Origin: Candidatus Scalindua sp.
Lineage (GTDB): Bacteria > Planctomycetota > Brocadiia > Brocadiales > Scalinduaceae
NCBI GenBank assembly: GCA_031316235.1
Contig: JALDRA010000001.1
Location: forward strand, 4,050,001 to 4,082,000
Reading direction: 5' to 3'
Length of the DNA stretch: 32,000 nucleotides
A program made the translations under genes and the position numbers. The notes under the pieces were generated by a model. The model saw only the letters and a list, made by a program, of their open reading frames with translations, ran no database searches and had not been told where the DNA came from. Positions 1-8,728 of this stretch are shown piece by piece; the first letter of the stretch is position 1, and every line of letters starts with the position of its first letter.

Positions 1-145
1 CCACACCCCGATGAAGATACCCGATGTGCGGCGTAACCCTGACGACAGTCTCACCATCAAGATCGAGAACCAGCCTCAAGACACCGTGGGTGCTTGGATG
101 CTGGGGACCCATATTTATCGTCATTACCTGTTGCGTCTCTGTCAT
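1..145 (-). CDS. nuoD: NADH-quinone oxidoreductase subunit D, first 48 codons only (gene runs off the left edge)
   Basis: The reverse complement of 1-145 translates from the ATG (143-145) as [48 protein letters not shown], the conserved NuoD N-terminus. ATGA start/stop overlap with nuoC. Absent from the ORF track because it is truncated. Confidence 0.85.
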   Translation of the reverse strand, partial: MTETQQVMTINMGPQHPSTHGVLRLVLDLDGETVVRVTPHIGYLHRGV

Positions 146-654
146 CGTTTTACTTTTCTGTAAACATCTCTCAGCGAATTGGGTTGTCTGCCTTTCAGCG
201 GATAATCTTTTCTCAAAGGATGTCCCTCAAAGCCGTCAGGTGTTAAGATTCTCACTAAATTAGGATGTCCCTCAAAGGTAATTCCAAACATGTCGTAGGC
301 TTCTCTTTCATGCCAGTCTGCTGTCTTCCAGATACCGGTAACAGATCCGATAGTTGGTTTTAAAGCGGGTATTTTCACTTTCAGTCTCACTCTGTGATTT
401 CTTTTAATTGAATAGAGGTGGTAAACCACTTCGAAGGAATTACTCTTCTCCAGAGACGTCTTATCCACACCACACAGATCGGTAAGAAAATCAAAAGCGA
501 GTTCGCCATCGTCACGCAGGAACTGCAGAACCCGCACAATGGAGTCCCTGTCTATGCAGATGGTCAGTTCATCTCTGAAAATCTTTACAGTGAGAACAGC
601 TCCAGGAAATCTGGACCTTAACCTGTTTTCTATAAGAGAAATGTCTTCTGACAT
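142..654 (-). CDS. nuoC: NADH-quinone oxidoreductase subunit C
   Basis: [39 protein letters not shown] is the NuoC (30-kDa subunit) signature. The track ORF starts at a TTG (681). The ATG at 654 (MSEDIS...) has AGGA six nt upstream and is preferred. Confidence 0.9.
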   Translation of the reverse strand: MSEDISLIENRLRSRFPGAVLTVKIFRDELTICIDRDSIVRVLQFLRDDGELAFDFLTDLCGVDKTSLEKSNSFEVVYHLYSIKRNHRVRLKVKIPALKPTIGSVTGIWKTADWHEREAYDMFGITFEGHPNLVRILTPDGFEGHPLRKDYPLKGRQPNSLRDVYRKVKR

Positions 655-710
655 TGCAAGTCCTGATTTAAAAAAGTACAAGTAAAGTTAAGCCGGCAAA
701 AATATCAAAA

Positions 711-1196
711 TCATTGAGGACCGTCATCCAGAACGGATTCCGTATCAATTCTTTTCTGTAATTCCATAATGGCATGGATCAACGCTTCGGGCCGCGGCGG
801 GCATCCCGGCAGAAAAATATCAACAGGAATGATTTCATCTACCCCCTGCACCGTACTGTATGTATCAAATATTCCGCCCGATGTGGCACAGGCTCCCATT
901 GCAATCACCCACTTCGGTTCCGGCATCTGATCATAAATCTTTTTCGTTACCGCCGCCATCTTATGCGTTACGGTACCCGCAACAATCATCAGATCAGATT
1001 GGCGGGGTGAAAAGCGGAAGACTTCCGCACCGAATCTCGCAAGGTCGTAGCGCGGCGCAACAACCGCCATCATCTCAATTGCACAGCATGCCAGGCCAAA
1101 AGGCATCGGCCAGATAGAGTTCTTCCTGGACCAATTTACCACCTTATTAATCGTGGTCGTGAGTATTGTATCACCAAAAACAGTCTCTAGTCCCAT
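711..1196 (-). CDS. nuoB: NADH-quinone oxidoreductase subunit B
   Basis: [19 protein letters not shown] and LPGCPPRPE motifs (Cys ligands of cluster N2). 10-nt overlap with the nuoA stop. Confidence 0.93.
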   Translation of the reverse strand: MGLETVFGDTILTTTINKVVNWSRKNSIWPMPFGLACCAIEMMAVVAPRYDLARFGAEVFRFSPRQSDLMIVAGTVTHKMAAVTKKIYDQMPEPKWVIAMGACATSGGIFDTYSTVQGVDEIIPVDIFLPGCPPRPEALIHAIMELQKRIDTESVLDDGPQ

Positions 1197-1543
1197 TCGA
1201 AACCACCCCTTTTCCAGATATAGGCATAGCAGACCAGCAGGATCATCATGAATACTGCCATCTCGATCAGGCCGAAAATCTTCAAGGACTTGAAAACGAC
1301 AGCCCAGGGATATAAGAAAACGACCTCAATATCAAAGATTACAAACATTATGGCAACCAGAAAAAATTTAATAGAAAATCTCTCTCTTGAACTCCCCACA
1401 GGTTCAACTCCGCATTCATAGGGAGAGAGCTTTTCTTTAGAAGGTCTCTGCCGCCCGATGATGGCTGAAATGCCGACATTGGAAAAGGCAAAAACCACTA
1501 CTACTATCAGAACTATGAGGATAGGAATATAACCGATTAACAT
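1187..1543 (-). CDS. nuoA: NADH-quinone oxidoreductase subunit A
   Basis: 118 aa with three hydrophobic helices. YECG..P.G....RFS.KF and FLV.I.FVIFD.E..FLYPWA motifs typical of NuoA/ND3. First gene of the nuoABCD order. Confidence 0.88.
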   Translation of the reverse strand: MLIGYIPILIVLIVVVVFAFSNVGISAIIGRQRPSKEKLSPYECGVEPVGSSRERFSIKFFLVAIMFVIFDIEVVFLYPWAVVFKSLKIFGLIEMAVFMMILLVCYAYIWKRGGFEWD

Positions 1544-2057
1544 AAGAGCTGTCGCACGTAAGTATTAATGATAAATTCATGAAACATAATAGTATAGCCG
1601 AGTCTGATCGCGTTCATAACGATGGGGAAGGTAACAAAAAAAACAGCCTTAGTCAACAAAAAATATTTAGAATCCTTCCCCTGCATATTTGTGATTTCAG
1701 GAAAAAAATTCCTTATTGCACCAGTACAATTTTTTTTCACTGAGATTGATGCGAAGCAACTGCCTTTTGTACCACTACCAGAGCGTATAGAATGTCAGAT
1801 CTCTTCATGTGTCACTATTCGTCCAAAATTTTCATTGAAACAGATAGCAATCACCCCTTTTCCCGTCAAATACTCTACAGGTTTTCTGCAGTTGAGTTTC
1901 GGCAGATCAAAGGTGAACCAGACAATATTTGCCTGCACCGTTTCCATGGAAATATCAAAGCCATCTTTTTTACAAGAATTCAGATAACAGAGTCACAGTA
2001 CCTTGCCAATTCAGCTGATCCTCAATCCGGTCTACCTGACTATCGGGTACGTAAAAT

Positions 2058-2861
2058 CTATGCATACCCCTTCATCCAGCGGGTCATCCACCAGCCCTCT
2101 CCCCTTTCCCCGGCAACAACCTCTTTCGCCAGATTCATATAGTCCTTATTACCGCTGCTTTCCGGGGCGTATAAGGTTATAGGCTGACCGGAAATCGGAC
2201 ACTCTGCAAGTTTTGTGCTTTCCCTTATCAGAGATTTAAACAGTTTATGGCTGAAATTATGCCTGATCCTGGCGACGACCTCGTTACTGAGATTCGTTCT
2301 GATATCGAACATACAGGCTACAATACCGGTTATTTCGAGGTCGGGATTCAGCGTGTCTTTAACGAGATTAACTGTGTTGATCAAGGTAACGAGTCCATTG
2401 AGAGCCAATACCTTGGTTTCTAACGGTATCACAACCTCACGGGCTGCCGTCAACGCATTCAGGGTAAGTATCCCCAGTGAAGGAGGGCAGTCAAAGAGCA
2501 CATAATCATAACAATCGGCAACCAGAGTCAATCTCTCTTTCAGGACAGTATCCCTATCGTCCCTGTTCAGGAGAGTCCTTTCTACAGAAGCCAGTGTAAC
2601 ATTGGAGGGAGCAACCCAGAGATCCTTTACACAGGTTTCCTGGATTATTTCTTTCAGCGGTAACTCATCATTGAATACATTGGACATGGATTTACTCAGC
2701 TCATTAATCCTTATGCCAAGCCAGGAGCTCATGTTTCCCTGAGGATCAAGATCAATCAAGAGAACCCGCCTGCCCAGCTTTGCTATACAGGCTCCGAGAT
2801 TAACTGCTGTTGTTGTTTTTGCGACACCACCTTTTTGATTCGTTATTGCTATTATCCGCAT
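2058..2861 (-). CDS. ParA/Soj-family P-loop ATPase (orphan; no parB nearby)
   Basis: Deviant Walker A ITNQKGGVAKTTT, LLIDLDPQGN, FDCPPSLG. There is no ParB-like gene in the window. Confidence 0.85.
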   Translation of the reverse strand: MRIIAITNQKGGVAKTTTAVNLGACIAKLGRRVLLIDLDPQGNMSSWLGIRINELSKSMSNVFNDELPLKEIIQETCVKDLWVAPSNVTLASVERTLLNRDDRDTVLKERLTLVADCYDYVLFDCPPSLGILTLNALTAAREVVIPLETKVLALNGLVTLINTVNLVKDTLNPDLEITGIVACMFDIRTNLSNEVVARIRHNFSHKLFKSLIRESTKLAECPISGQPITLYAPESSGNKDYMNLAKEVVAGERGEGWWMTRWMKGYA

Positions 2862-2864
2862 GAA

Positions 2865-3008
2865 ATATACTCATTTTATAAGGGTTTTCGGATACAATCC
2901 GAGAAAAAAACGGAGCGAGTAAAGTCCCTGACACCTATTGTCCGGGGATACTATTAACCAGGCTTTGGTTTTTAGAAAAATCTGAAACCAGATCGGTTTC
3001 AGTCTACT
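2865..3008 (+). repeat. Intergenic modular repeat, copy C (long form L+M+R)
   Basis: tatactcattttataagggttttcggatacaatccgagaaaaaaacggagcgagtaaagtcc...gtccggggatac...aaccaggctttggttt...aaaccagatcggttt. Aligns with copies at 3743, 6604, 9727, 10016, 12726 and 15858. Fills essentially the whole trkA-parA spacer. Confidence 0.85.
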
Positions 3009-3013
3009 CTCAG

Positions 3014-3706
3014 TTATTCAAACTGTTTTTCAAACATTTCAATATCTTTACTTTTACCAACTACAACCAAAACGTCTTTTTCTCTCAATACATAATCCGG
3101 CGTTGGTAGTTTTTTCATCTCTTTTTCAAAAATCAGGCCATCTTTGCCACTCTTCTGCTTTACTTTTTCCATGATCATGATGACGTCAACATGGTATTTC
3201 GATTTAATATCGAGCTCTTTAAACATTTTTCCTGTGAATTCTCCCTTTACCTCAATCTCCGCCAGATTGCAGTCTGCACCAAGCTCGATATATTCCAGCA
3301 CTCCCGGTTCCAGGATGCTGTTGGCAACTCGTAACCCCATATCCTCTTCAGGAAAGACAATCCTTGTAGCACCTACTTCCTTCAAGATCTGGGCATGTAA
3401 TCTTGAACTCGCTCGAGAAACGATCTCTTGAATCCCCAGATTCTTAAGAAGAGTGGTAGTCATGATGTTGGACTCTATATCTTCACCGATACACACAACA
3501 GCAACATCTACAACTTGAATGCCGCTTTCTCTCAGTGCTTCCTCATCAGTGCTGTCAAACTGTAAAGCCTCTGTAACCATATCCCTGACCTTTTCCACCA
3601 GCATATGATTTTTATCAATAGCGATAACCTGTGCCTTTTTCTGTGTCAGGGTTTCAGCTACCTTGAAACCAAACCTTCCCAGACCAATTACGGCAAACTG
3701 TCTCAT
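3014..3706 (-). CDS. trkA: K+ uptake regulatory subunit TrkA/KtrA (RCK N+C domains)
   Basis: N-terminal Rossmann motif AVIGLGRFG, about 230 aa, TrkA-N plus TrkA-C layout. Lies immediately downstream of trkH. Confidence 0.85.
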   Translation of the reverse strand: MRQFAVIGLGRFGFKVAETLTQKKAQVIAIDKNHMLVEKVRDMVTEALQFDSTDEEALRESGIQVVDVAVVCIGEDIESNIMTTTLLKNLGIQEIVSRASSRLHAQILKEVGATRIVFPEEDMGLRVANSILEPGVLEYIELGADCNLAEIEVKGEFTGKMFKELDIKSKYHVDVIMIMEKVKQKSGKDGLIFEKEMKKLPTPDYVLREKDVLVVVGKSKDIEMFEKQFE

Positions 3707-3742
3707 TTAAAAGATTACTCCCTTCGGTCTCCTGTCCAATAA

Positions 3743-3858
3743 TATACTCATCTCATACTGGATTTCGGATAAAATCCGAGATAAAATTGAGCGAGTATAC
3801 CTTCACCAGGATCTGGTTTCCGGTAAAACCGGAAACCAGATCGGTTTTAGTATATCTG
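3743..3858 (+). repeat. Intergenic modular repeat, copy A (short form L+R with perfect hairpin)
   Basis: Nearly identical to copy B (6604-6720). Contains hairpin tcggat-aaa-atccga and a perfect 15-bp stem/3-nt loop at 3810-3842. Ends in agtatatctg. Confidence 0.9.
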
Positions 3859-3870
3859 TTCTGCAGTAAA

Positions 3871-5214
3871 TCACCCAACAACTATTCTCTCTACCGGTAA
3901 CCTGATCTTTCTATCCGCAGACTTCCTCGCAATGATTAATGCCAGGGTCAATGGACCTGTTCTTCCAATAAAAATCAACATGCACACCAACATTTTCCCT
4001 CCCGCAGAAAGGTTGGGTGTTAATCCACAACTAAGACCCACGGTTCCAAACGCTGAAAACACTTCAAAGATGATAACCTCAAAGGGGGCATGTTCAGTAT
4101 GAAGTAAAACCATACTGAACAGTGTAACCGTCAAGAGAGAAATTGTTAAGATGGAGACTGCTTTGAGTACCGTTCGTTTAGGGACAGTGCGTCCAAATAT
4201 TTCCATATCATCTCTCCCTCGAATAAGATTGTAAACAAGGATTACGATTACAAAGAGTGTGCTTGTTTTGATCCCCCCTGCAGTAGAACCGGGCGAGCCG
4301 CCGATAAACATGAAAAAGATAAAATACAGAATCGTTGCTGAAGAAAGGTCACCGACATTGACCATGGTAAATCCCGCCGTTCTTGTAGTAACAGATTGAA
4401 ATAGTGAGACAAAGATCTTATCCTTAACTGATAAGGAAGACAATGTATGCTCATACTCTAATGTGAAAAAGAGAATTGCACCCAATATAATTAATATTCC
4501 TGTTGTGGTCAACACTATCTTGGTGTGAAGATTAAGCTTCCTTTTCCTGCTTCCATCCGGATACGGTATCAGAAAATTCACCATATTAATTAAAACGACA
4601 AATCCTATCCCTCCCAGAATAATGAGGAACACAATTGAGAGGTTTACGACGAGGTCAGCACGGTAAGGAACCATGCTTTCACTCGTAAGTGAGAAACCTG
4701 CATTGCAGAAAGCACTTATCGAGTGAAACAGTGCATAGAATAAGTATTCTCCAGGTGATTCACCGGACCAGTGGATGGCAAGAACAGCTGTCCCGATCCC
4801 CTCAATAACGAACGTCGATATTACAATGAATAAGACGGTTCTTTTTATTCCACCGCTATACTCGACGTCAAATACACCCTTTATGGCAACCTGTTCAGAA
4901 ATTAAAAGCTTTTTACCGATAGCAATACTGAGGAAAACGTAAGCGGTCATGATACCCAATCCGCCAAACTGGATGAGTACAAGTATGACAATATGGCCGA
5001 ATCGAGAAAAGTAGAGTAATGTGTCCTGTACAACCAGGCCGGTTACACAGACCGCGGAAGTAGAGGTAAAAAGAGCATCAATAAACGAGGTACCTCTCCC
5101 ATCAGTTGTAGCAGGCGGCAGCATAAGCAGTGCCGTACCAATGGAGATGAAGGTAATGAAACTGACAACAATGGTCATACCAGGCTTCGATGTAAAATTT
5201 TTCATTATCTTCAT
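3871..5214 (-). CDS. trkH: K+ transporter membrane subunit TrkH/KtrB
   Basis: Polytopic membrane protein with DALFTSTSAVCVTGL, FGGLGI, CNAGF and GGSPGSTAGGIKT selectivity-filter-like repeats. The track ORF extends to a TTG at 5373. The ATG at 5214 (MKIMKNF...) gives a typical length, but the start is uncertain. Confidence 0.85.
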   Translation of the reverse strand: MKIMKNFTSKPGMTIVVSFITFISIGTALLMLPPATTDGRGTSFIDALFTSTSAVCVTGLVVQDTLLYFSRFGHIVILVLIQFGGLGIMTAYVFLSIAIGKKLLISEQVAIKGVFDVEYSGGIKRTVLFIVISTFVIEGIGTAVLAIHWSGESPGEYLFYALFHSISAFCNAGFSLTSESMVPYRADLVVNLSIVFLIILGGIGFVVLINMVNFLIPYPDGSRKRKLNLHTKIVLTTTGILIILGAILFFTLEYEHTLSSLSVKDKIFVSLFQSVTTRTAGFTMVNVGDLSSATILYFIFFMFIGGSPGSTAGGIKTSTLFVIVILVYNLIRGRDDMEIFGRTVPKRTVLKAVSILTISLLTVTLFSMVLLHTEHAPFEVIIFEVFSAFGTVGLSCGLTPNLSAGGKMLVCMLIFIGRTGPLTLALIIARKSADRKIRLPVERIVVG

Positions 5215-5478
5215 CTGCTGTGTGAAAATAGCACCTGGTCCTGATAGTAAATGATTAAAAAAAATTATGGTGAATAGAGGATATAAAAAAACGGGTGGTA
5301 TCTCTTTGCTCGATGTGTCAGGCATAATCAGCGGTTGAACGGAGGCATGAAACCGATTTACCACAGCCTGCAATGTTTCATGGTATATGGCAGAGGAGAT
5401 GATACCGCACAGCTTTTAACTAGAGGTACTGCAATGAGAAAAACGAAAATTAAAGCAGATCTGCATAACAACTGATTA

Positions 5479-6552
5479 CTAGCTGAAAACCTTCCGGCCA
5501 ATCTTACGTTTCAGATTCATAACCATTTCCCGCACCATTAATTTTTTATCCTCCAATGCCTTGAGGTGAAATGGCAAAACACAGCCGCAGCGTTCACAGT
5601 CAGCCAGAGGACCCATCATACACGGCCGTTTCCTCTTCCCCTGGGGATCGAGGCAGAACGAGACTTGCCGAAAAAGGCAATCAGCAGTTACCTCTTTACA
5701 TTTCTCTGATTTCATCATCTCAAGCACATATCCCGGTACAGCAATAAAATCGCCATATTTCTCCTTGAGCGCCAGTAATTTATCGACTATACGGTCCCTT
5801 AATTCCCATCCCGGCCACAGTTCGTCATTATATTCTAATCCCTTTACCGGCGTGTGCATCTGAAAAAGGCACCCTTTTACGGAGGTGGTTGCCCAATCTT
5901 CAAGAAATCTTTCAATCCCCGTGTAGTTGATCTTGTTAACCACCATGGACACAATTATCTTTAAATCAGGTCTGTCTGCATTTTTCCTGATCTTGGCATA
6001 GCATCCTTTTCCCCGTATCTCATCGTGCATCTCCTCCGGCCCGTCGACGGCAATATAAAAATTAACATCCGGCCAATCAGGAAGCGGGATTGTACCATTC
6101 GTAGCAACCAGGTTTGATTTAAAATACTTCATGGTCCGTTCTATCAGGTCTTTACGCAAGAGAGGTTCCCCCCCTATCCAGGAACATTGATAAAACGGGA
6201 AGTCTGTCTCCTTCAACTCTTCAAGCTTATCAATCCATTCATCATCCGTCAGCTCTCTTTCCGCTTCGTAATCATGAGCATAAAAATAACAATGCTTGCA
6301 GCGGAGGTTGCACCTGTTCGTTATATCAAATGAACTGATGGCACCTTGCGGTTTTCCAAAGATATCAAATCTGCCAAGGTCGTACAGCTTGAAGAGGAAT
6401 TTTGTAGTCCCTCTTCCAATGGTATTTGACGAGATGTTAAAAAGTGAGTCGCGGAAAGTCTTCTTTGGGCCTGCATTGCTCCCACGTTTTGATCGCGGAT
6501 CGGAATCTATGGCTTTTTCAGACACGGTTTTTATTTTCATAACAGGTAACAA
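5479..6552 (-). CDS. Radical SAM enzyme with a C-terminal Cys-rich (SPASM/twitch-like) region, function unknown
   Basis: ITNRCNLRCKHCYF (CxxxCxxC), GGEPLL, and C-terminal C..(n)..CMMGPLADCERCGC. The 6552 start is a TTG; an ATG alternative lies at 6540. Confidence 0.75.
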   Translation of the reverse strand: MLPVMKIKTVSEKAIDSDPRSKRGSNAGPKKTFRDSLFNISSNTIGRGTTKFLFKLYDLGRFDIFGKPQGAISSFDITNRCNLRCKHCYFYAHDYEAERELTDDEWIDKLEELKETDFPFYQCSWIGGEPLLRKDLIERTMKYFKSNLVATNGTIPLPDWPDVNFYIAVDGPEEMHDEIRGKGCYAKIRKNADRPDLKIIVSMVVNKINYTGIERFLEDWATTSVKGCLFQMHTPVKGLEYNDELWPGWELRDRIVDKLLALKEKYGDFIAVPGYVLEMMKSEKCKEVTADCLFRQVSFCLDPQGKRKRPCMMGPLADCERCGCVLPFHLKALEDKKLMVREMVMNLKRKIGRKVFS

Positions 6553-6603
6553 TTAATCAGATAATCTATTAAAAAGCAACTAATAATTTACCAGTAATAT
6601 GAA

Positions 6604-6720
6604 ATATACTCATCTCATACTGGATTTCGGATAAAATCCGAGATAAAATTGAGCGAGTATACCTTCACCAAGATTTGGTTTCCAGAAACACCGAAAACCA
6701 AATCGGTTTTAGTATATCTG
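6604..6720 (+). repeat. Intergenic modular repeat, copy B (short form L+R)
   Basis: atatactcatctcatactggatttcggataaaatccgagataaaattgagcgagtataccttcacca... The first ~65 nt are identical to copy A. The hairpin arm carries a paired substitution relative to A. Confidence 0.9.
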
Positions 6721-6790
6721 ATAGAAAGTGGCTGTTATGGCTCTTTGCACGGATTTGCTTTTCCACCCATATAGCTCCATATTTTTTTAT

Positions 6791-6818
6791 TTGACATCAC
6801 TGTTTTTTGTGGTATAAA
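6791..6818 (+). promoter_or_regulatory. Near-consensus sigma-70-type promoter with no downstream annotated gene
   Basis: TTGACA (6791-6796), 16-nt spacer ending in TG-n, then TATAAA (6813-6818). It points into the 460-bp non-coding gap 6721-7179. Confidence 0.4.
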
Positions 6819-7179
6819 AAATAGAAAGGTGTGTATGGTGCTCTATCAGTTATGTTTTTAGCAAGTTTTGTTATAACATTCTTTTCCTTTTCAGCTCATA
6901 ACACTTTTAGGTAAAATCGGTAGCACGTGTTACCTTTTTCCTTAGCTGAACACGTATCAGGAGGATGTTCAGGGAGAAGGAGGAAAAGAGAGAAATTATA
7001 AAGTTTGTTCTAAATTTATTTCTTTTACAAAACCATGCACACCTTTATTTATCTACACGTATCCACTGCAGCAATCTCCTCTCACTGACATCACGTTACA
7101 AAGGGAGATATTCAAGTCCATTTCCTTTTCAGCTTCTAAAATAAGATGGCAATTTGCGGAAAAGCTCATGTGAAGAAAA

Positions 7180-8604
7180 TTATAATCCGACCTGTACCCG
7201 GTATCTGACCTTCAACTCTCCGTCTTTCGGCACGTCAACATCAAACCGGATCGTAAACGCATCGATCTTTTTGAATGGATGACTGTTATTGAGCACTTTC
7301 CAGTTTCCAAACAATGGCTCTATGATACCAATAGCGATGTCTTCTTCCTTGTGATTCCTCACGGTGACCTCCCACTCTGATTCATGGAGTCTTGACGTTC
7401 TCTGCGCATAATCTGTCTGTATCCTTTCGACGGTGACATCAAAGGCTTCACCGATTTCAAGCTTTACCTCTTCTTCTTTTGGGGTATGTTCTATTCTATC
7501 CTCACCAATAAATTGCAAGCTCCCCTCCTCGTCCTGTTTATACAACCGCATTATTCCCGCCGGAAGGGGTATCCCGAGACGGTTATCTCTGGTATTTTTG
7601 AATTTAATATTCACCGTTACCGCCTGTTTCAGATTTTGTCCCGGGTACTGTCTGGTAAAATAGCCTTTAATTCCAGAGACAAGAAGCTCTTTCTGAACCT
7701 TCGTGCCGGCAGCCTCTAAGAGGCGAATCTGCTTCTTCTGATTATCCTTGATGGTAGTCTTCCTCTGAAGATCATAGATATGGTATTCAAAGAAAGCCTT
7801 CTCTTTAAATTGCGGAGCATCAGCCATCACCATTTCTGCCGCCACATATCCCCGCCTCTCATCAAACTTCTCCCTGACACGATGCACATCACCAGCGATC
7901 AATTTAAGAGATGCATCTTTATACGTTGCACCACTTTCGTTATCGATGGTAACCCAGCCGGATAAATCTGCCGCTGTATCATTCATATTTAAGACAACAA
8001 CATAGTCTGCCTTCCAGCTGATATTATTCGTAAGGTAAGATACTTCGACATTATGACTCTCCTTCCCCCTGTTACTATAGATCCAGGTTAATGTCGGCTT
8101 TGCTATCAGGTTTTCCGGAATTTCCGGAAGGATCTTTATCCCCGGGTGGCCAAGAAAGATCTCATCCTTTATCTGAAATATCTGTCCACTGTTATTGCTC
8201 AGCAAAGAGGCCTCTACTACATCCTTTCTATCCTGATATTCATTCCACACAACTATCTTGATCTTTTTTCCCACATATTTGTCGAGCAGTTTATCCGCAC
8301 TCATCAAGTCATACTCGTAATTCTGCTCAAGAACAGAGAAGTTTTCCGGGTAATTGAGCGATTTCACGTGAACGGTTTCAGGCATAATGCTGGATGCCAC
8401 ATCCATGAACTTCAACTCACCTTCATCACCAGGGAGTGTTACCTGCCTGACATCCTTTATGAGGCTGAGATCACTGTTATATACGGTAACTTCAACGGAT
8501 TCCTGGTCAGCCAGAGAACTCTCAGTTACCGTATTTTCAGCAGCTGTCATGTTACATGAAAAAAACAAAAATATAGCCGCAATGATACAATTTTTTACGT
8601 TCAT
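7180..8604 (-). CDS. Secreted DUF4139/DUF4140-like (MuiA-family-like) protein
   Basis: Signal peptide MNVKNCIIAAIFLFFSCNMTAA. The N-terminal VEVTVYNSDLSLIKDVRQVTLPGDEGELKFMDVASSIMPETVHVKS matches my recollection of the DUF4140 pattern. About 470 aa, beta-rich. Confidence 0.6.
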   Translation of the reverse strand: MNVKNCIIAAIFLFFSCNMTAAENTVTESSLADQESVEVTVYNSDLSLIKDVRQVTLPGDEGELKFMDVASSIMPETVHVKSLNYPENFSVLEQNYEYDLMSADKLLDKYVGKKIKIVVWNEYQDRKDVVEASLLSNNSGQIFQIKDEIFLGHPGIKILPEIPENLIAKPTLTWIYSNRGKESHNVEVSYLTNNISWKADYVVVLNMNDTAADLSGWVTIDNESGATYKDASLKLIAGDVHRVREKFDERRGYVAAEMVMADAPQFKEKAFFEYHIYDLQRKTTIKDNQKKQIRLLEAAGTKVQKELLVSGIKGYFTRQYPGQNLKQAVTVNIKFKNTRDNRLGIPLPAGIMRLYKQDEEGSLQFIGEDRIEHTPKEEEVKLEIGEAFDVTVERIQTDYAQRTSRLHESEWEVTVRNHKEEDIAIGIIEPLFGNWKVLNNSHPFKKIDAFTIRFDVDVPKDGELKVRYRVQVGL

Positions 8605-8728
8605 TTCTCCCCCTTATCCATAACTATTTATAGAAATATTCAGTCGTGTCCGCTCAGCTTTTCTGCATGTTTATTGATACTCATCTTATAATGGTTTTCC
8701 GATAAAAAAAATTGCCCGTATGCCGCAG

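Noticed and set aside
1622-2142. Plus-strand ORFs 1622-1987 and 1792-2142, and a 52-codon minus-strand ORF (about 1792-1947, METVQANIVWFTFDLPKLNCRKP...) in the 514-bp parA-nuoA gap
   Set aside because: No recognisable motifs or ribosome-binding sites, and the second plus ORF runs into the parA 3' end. The region more likely holds the nuo promoter and leader. The 52-codon ORF cannot be supported without homology evidence.
5215-5373. N-terminal 53-codon extension of trkH in the ORF track
   Set aside because: It starts at a TTG, and the extension (…PVFLYPLFTIIFFNHLLSG…) precedes the normal KtrB/TrkH N-terminus. It is likely an upstream in-frame read-through rather than coding sequence, although the true start is unverified.
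6965-7144. 59-codon plus-strand ORF (MFREKEEKREIIKFVLNLF...) in the 6721-7179 gap
   Set aside because: The AGGAGG abuts the ATG with no spacing. The peptide has no features, and its 3' end coincides with a repeated 14-mer. It is treated as part of the candidate non-coding locus instead.
8146-8559. 137-aa plus-strand ORF and neighbours (7433-7965, 8387-8623) opposite the DUF4139-like gene
   Set aside because: Shadow ORFs antisense to a 474-aa gene that has a signal peptide and family-like N-terminus. No independent support.
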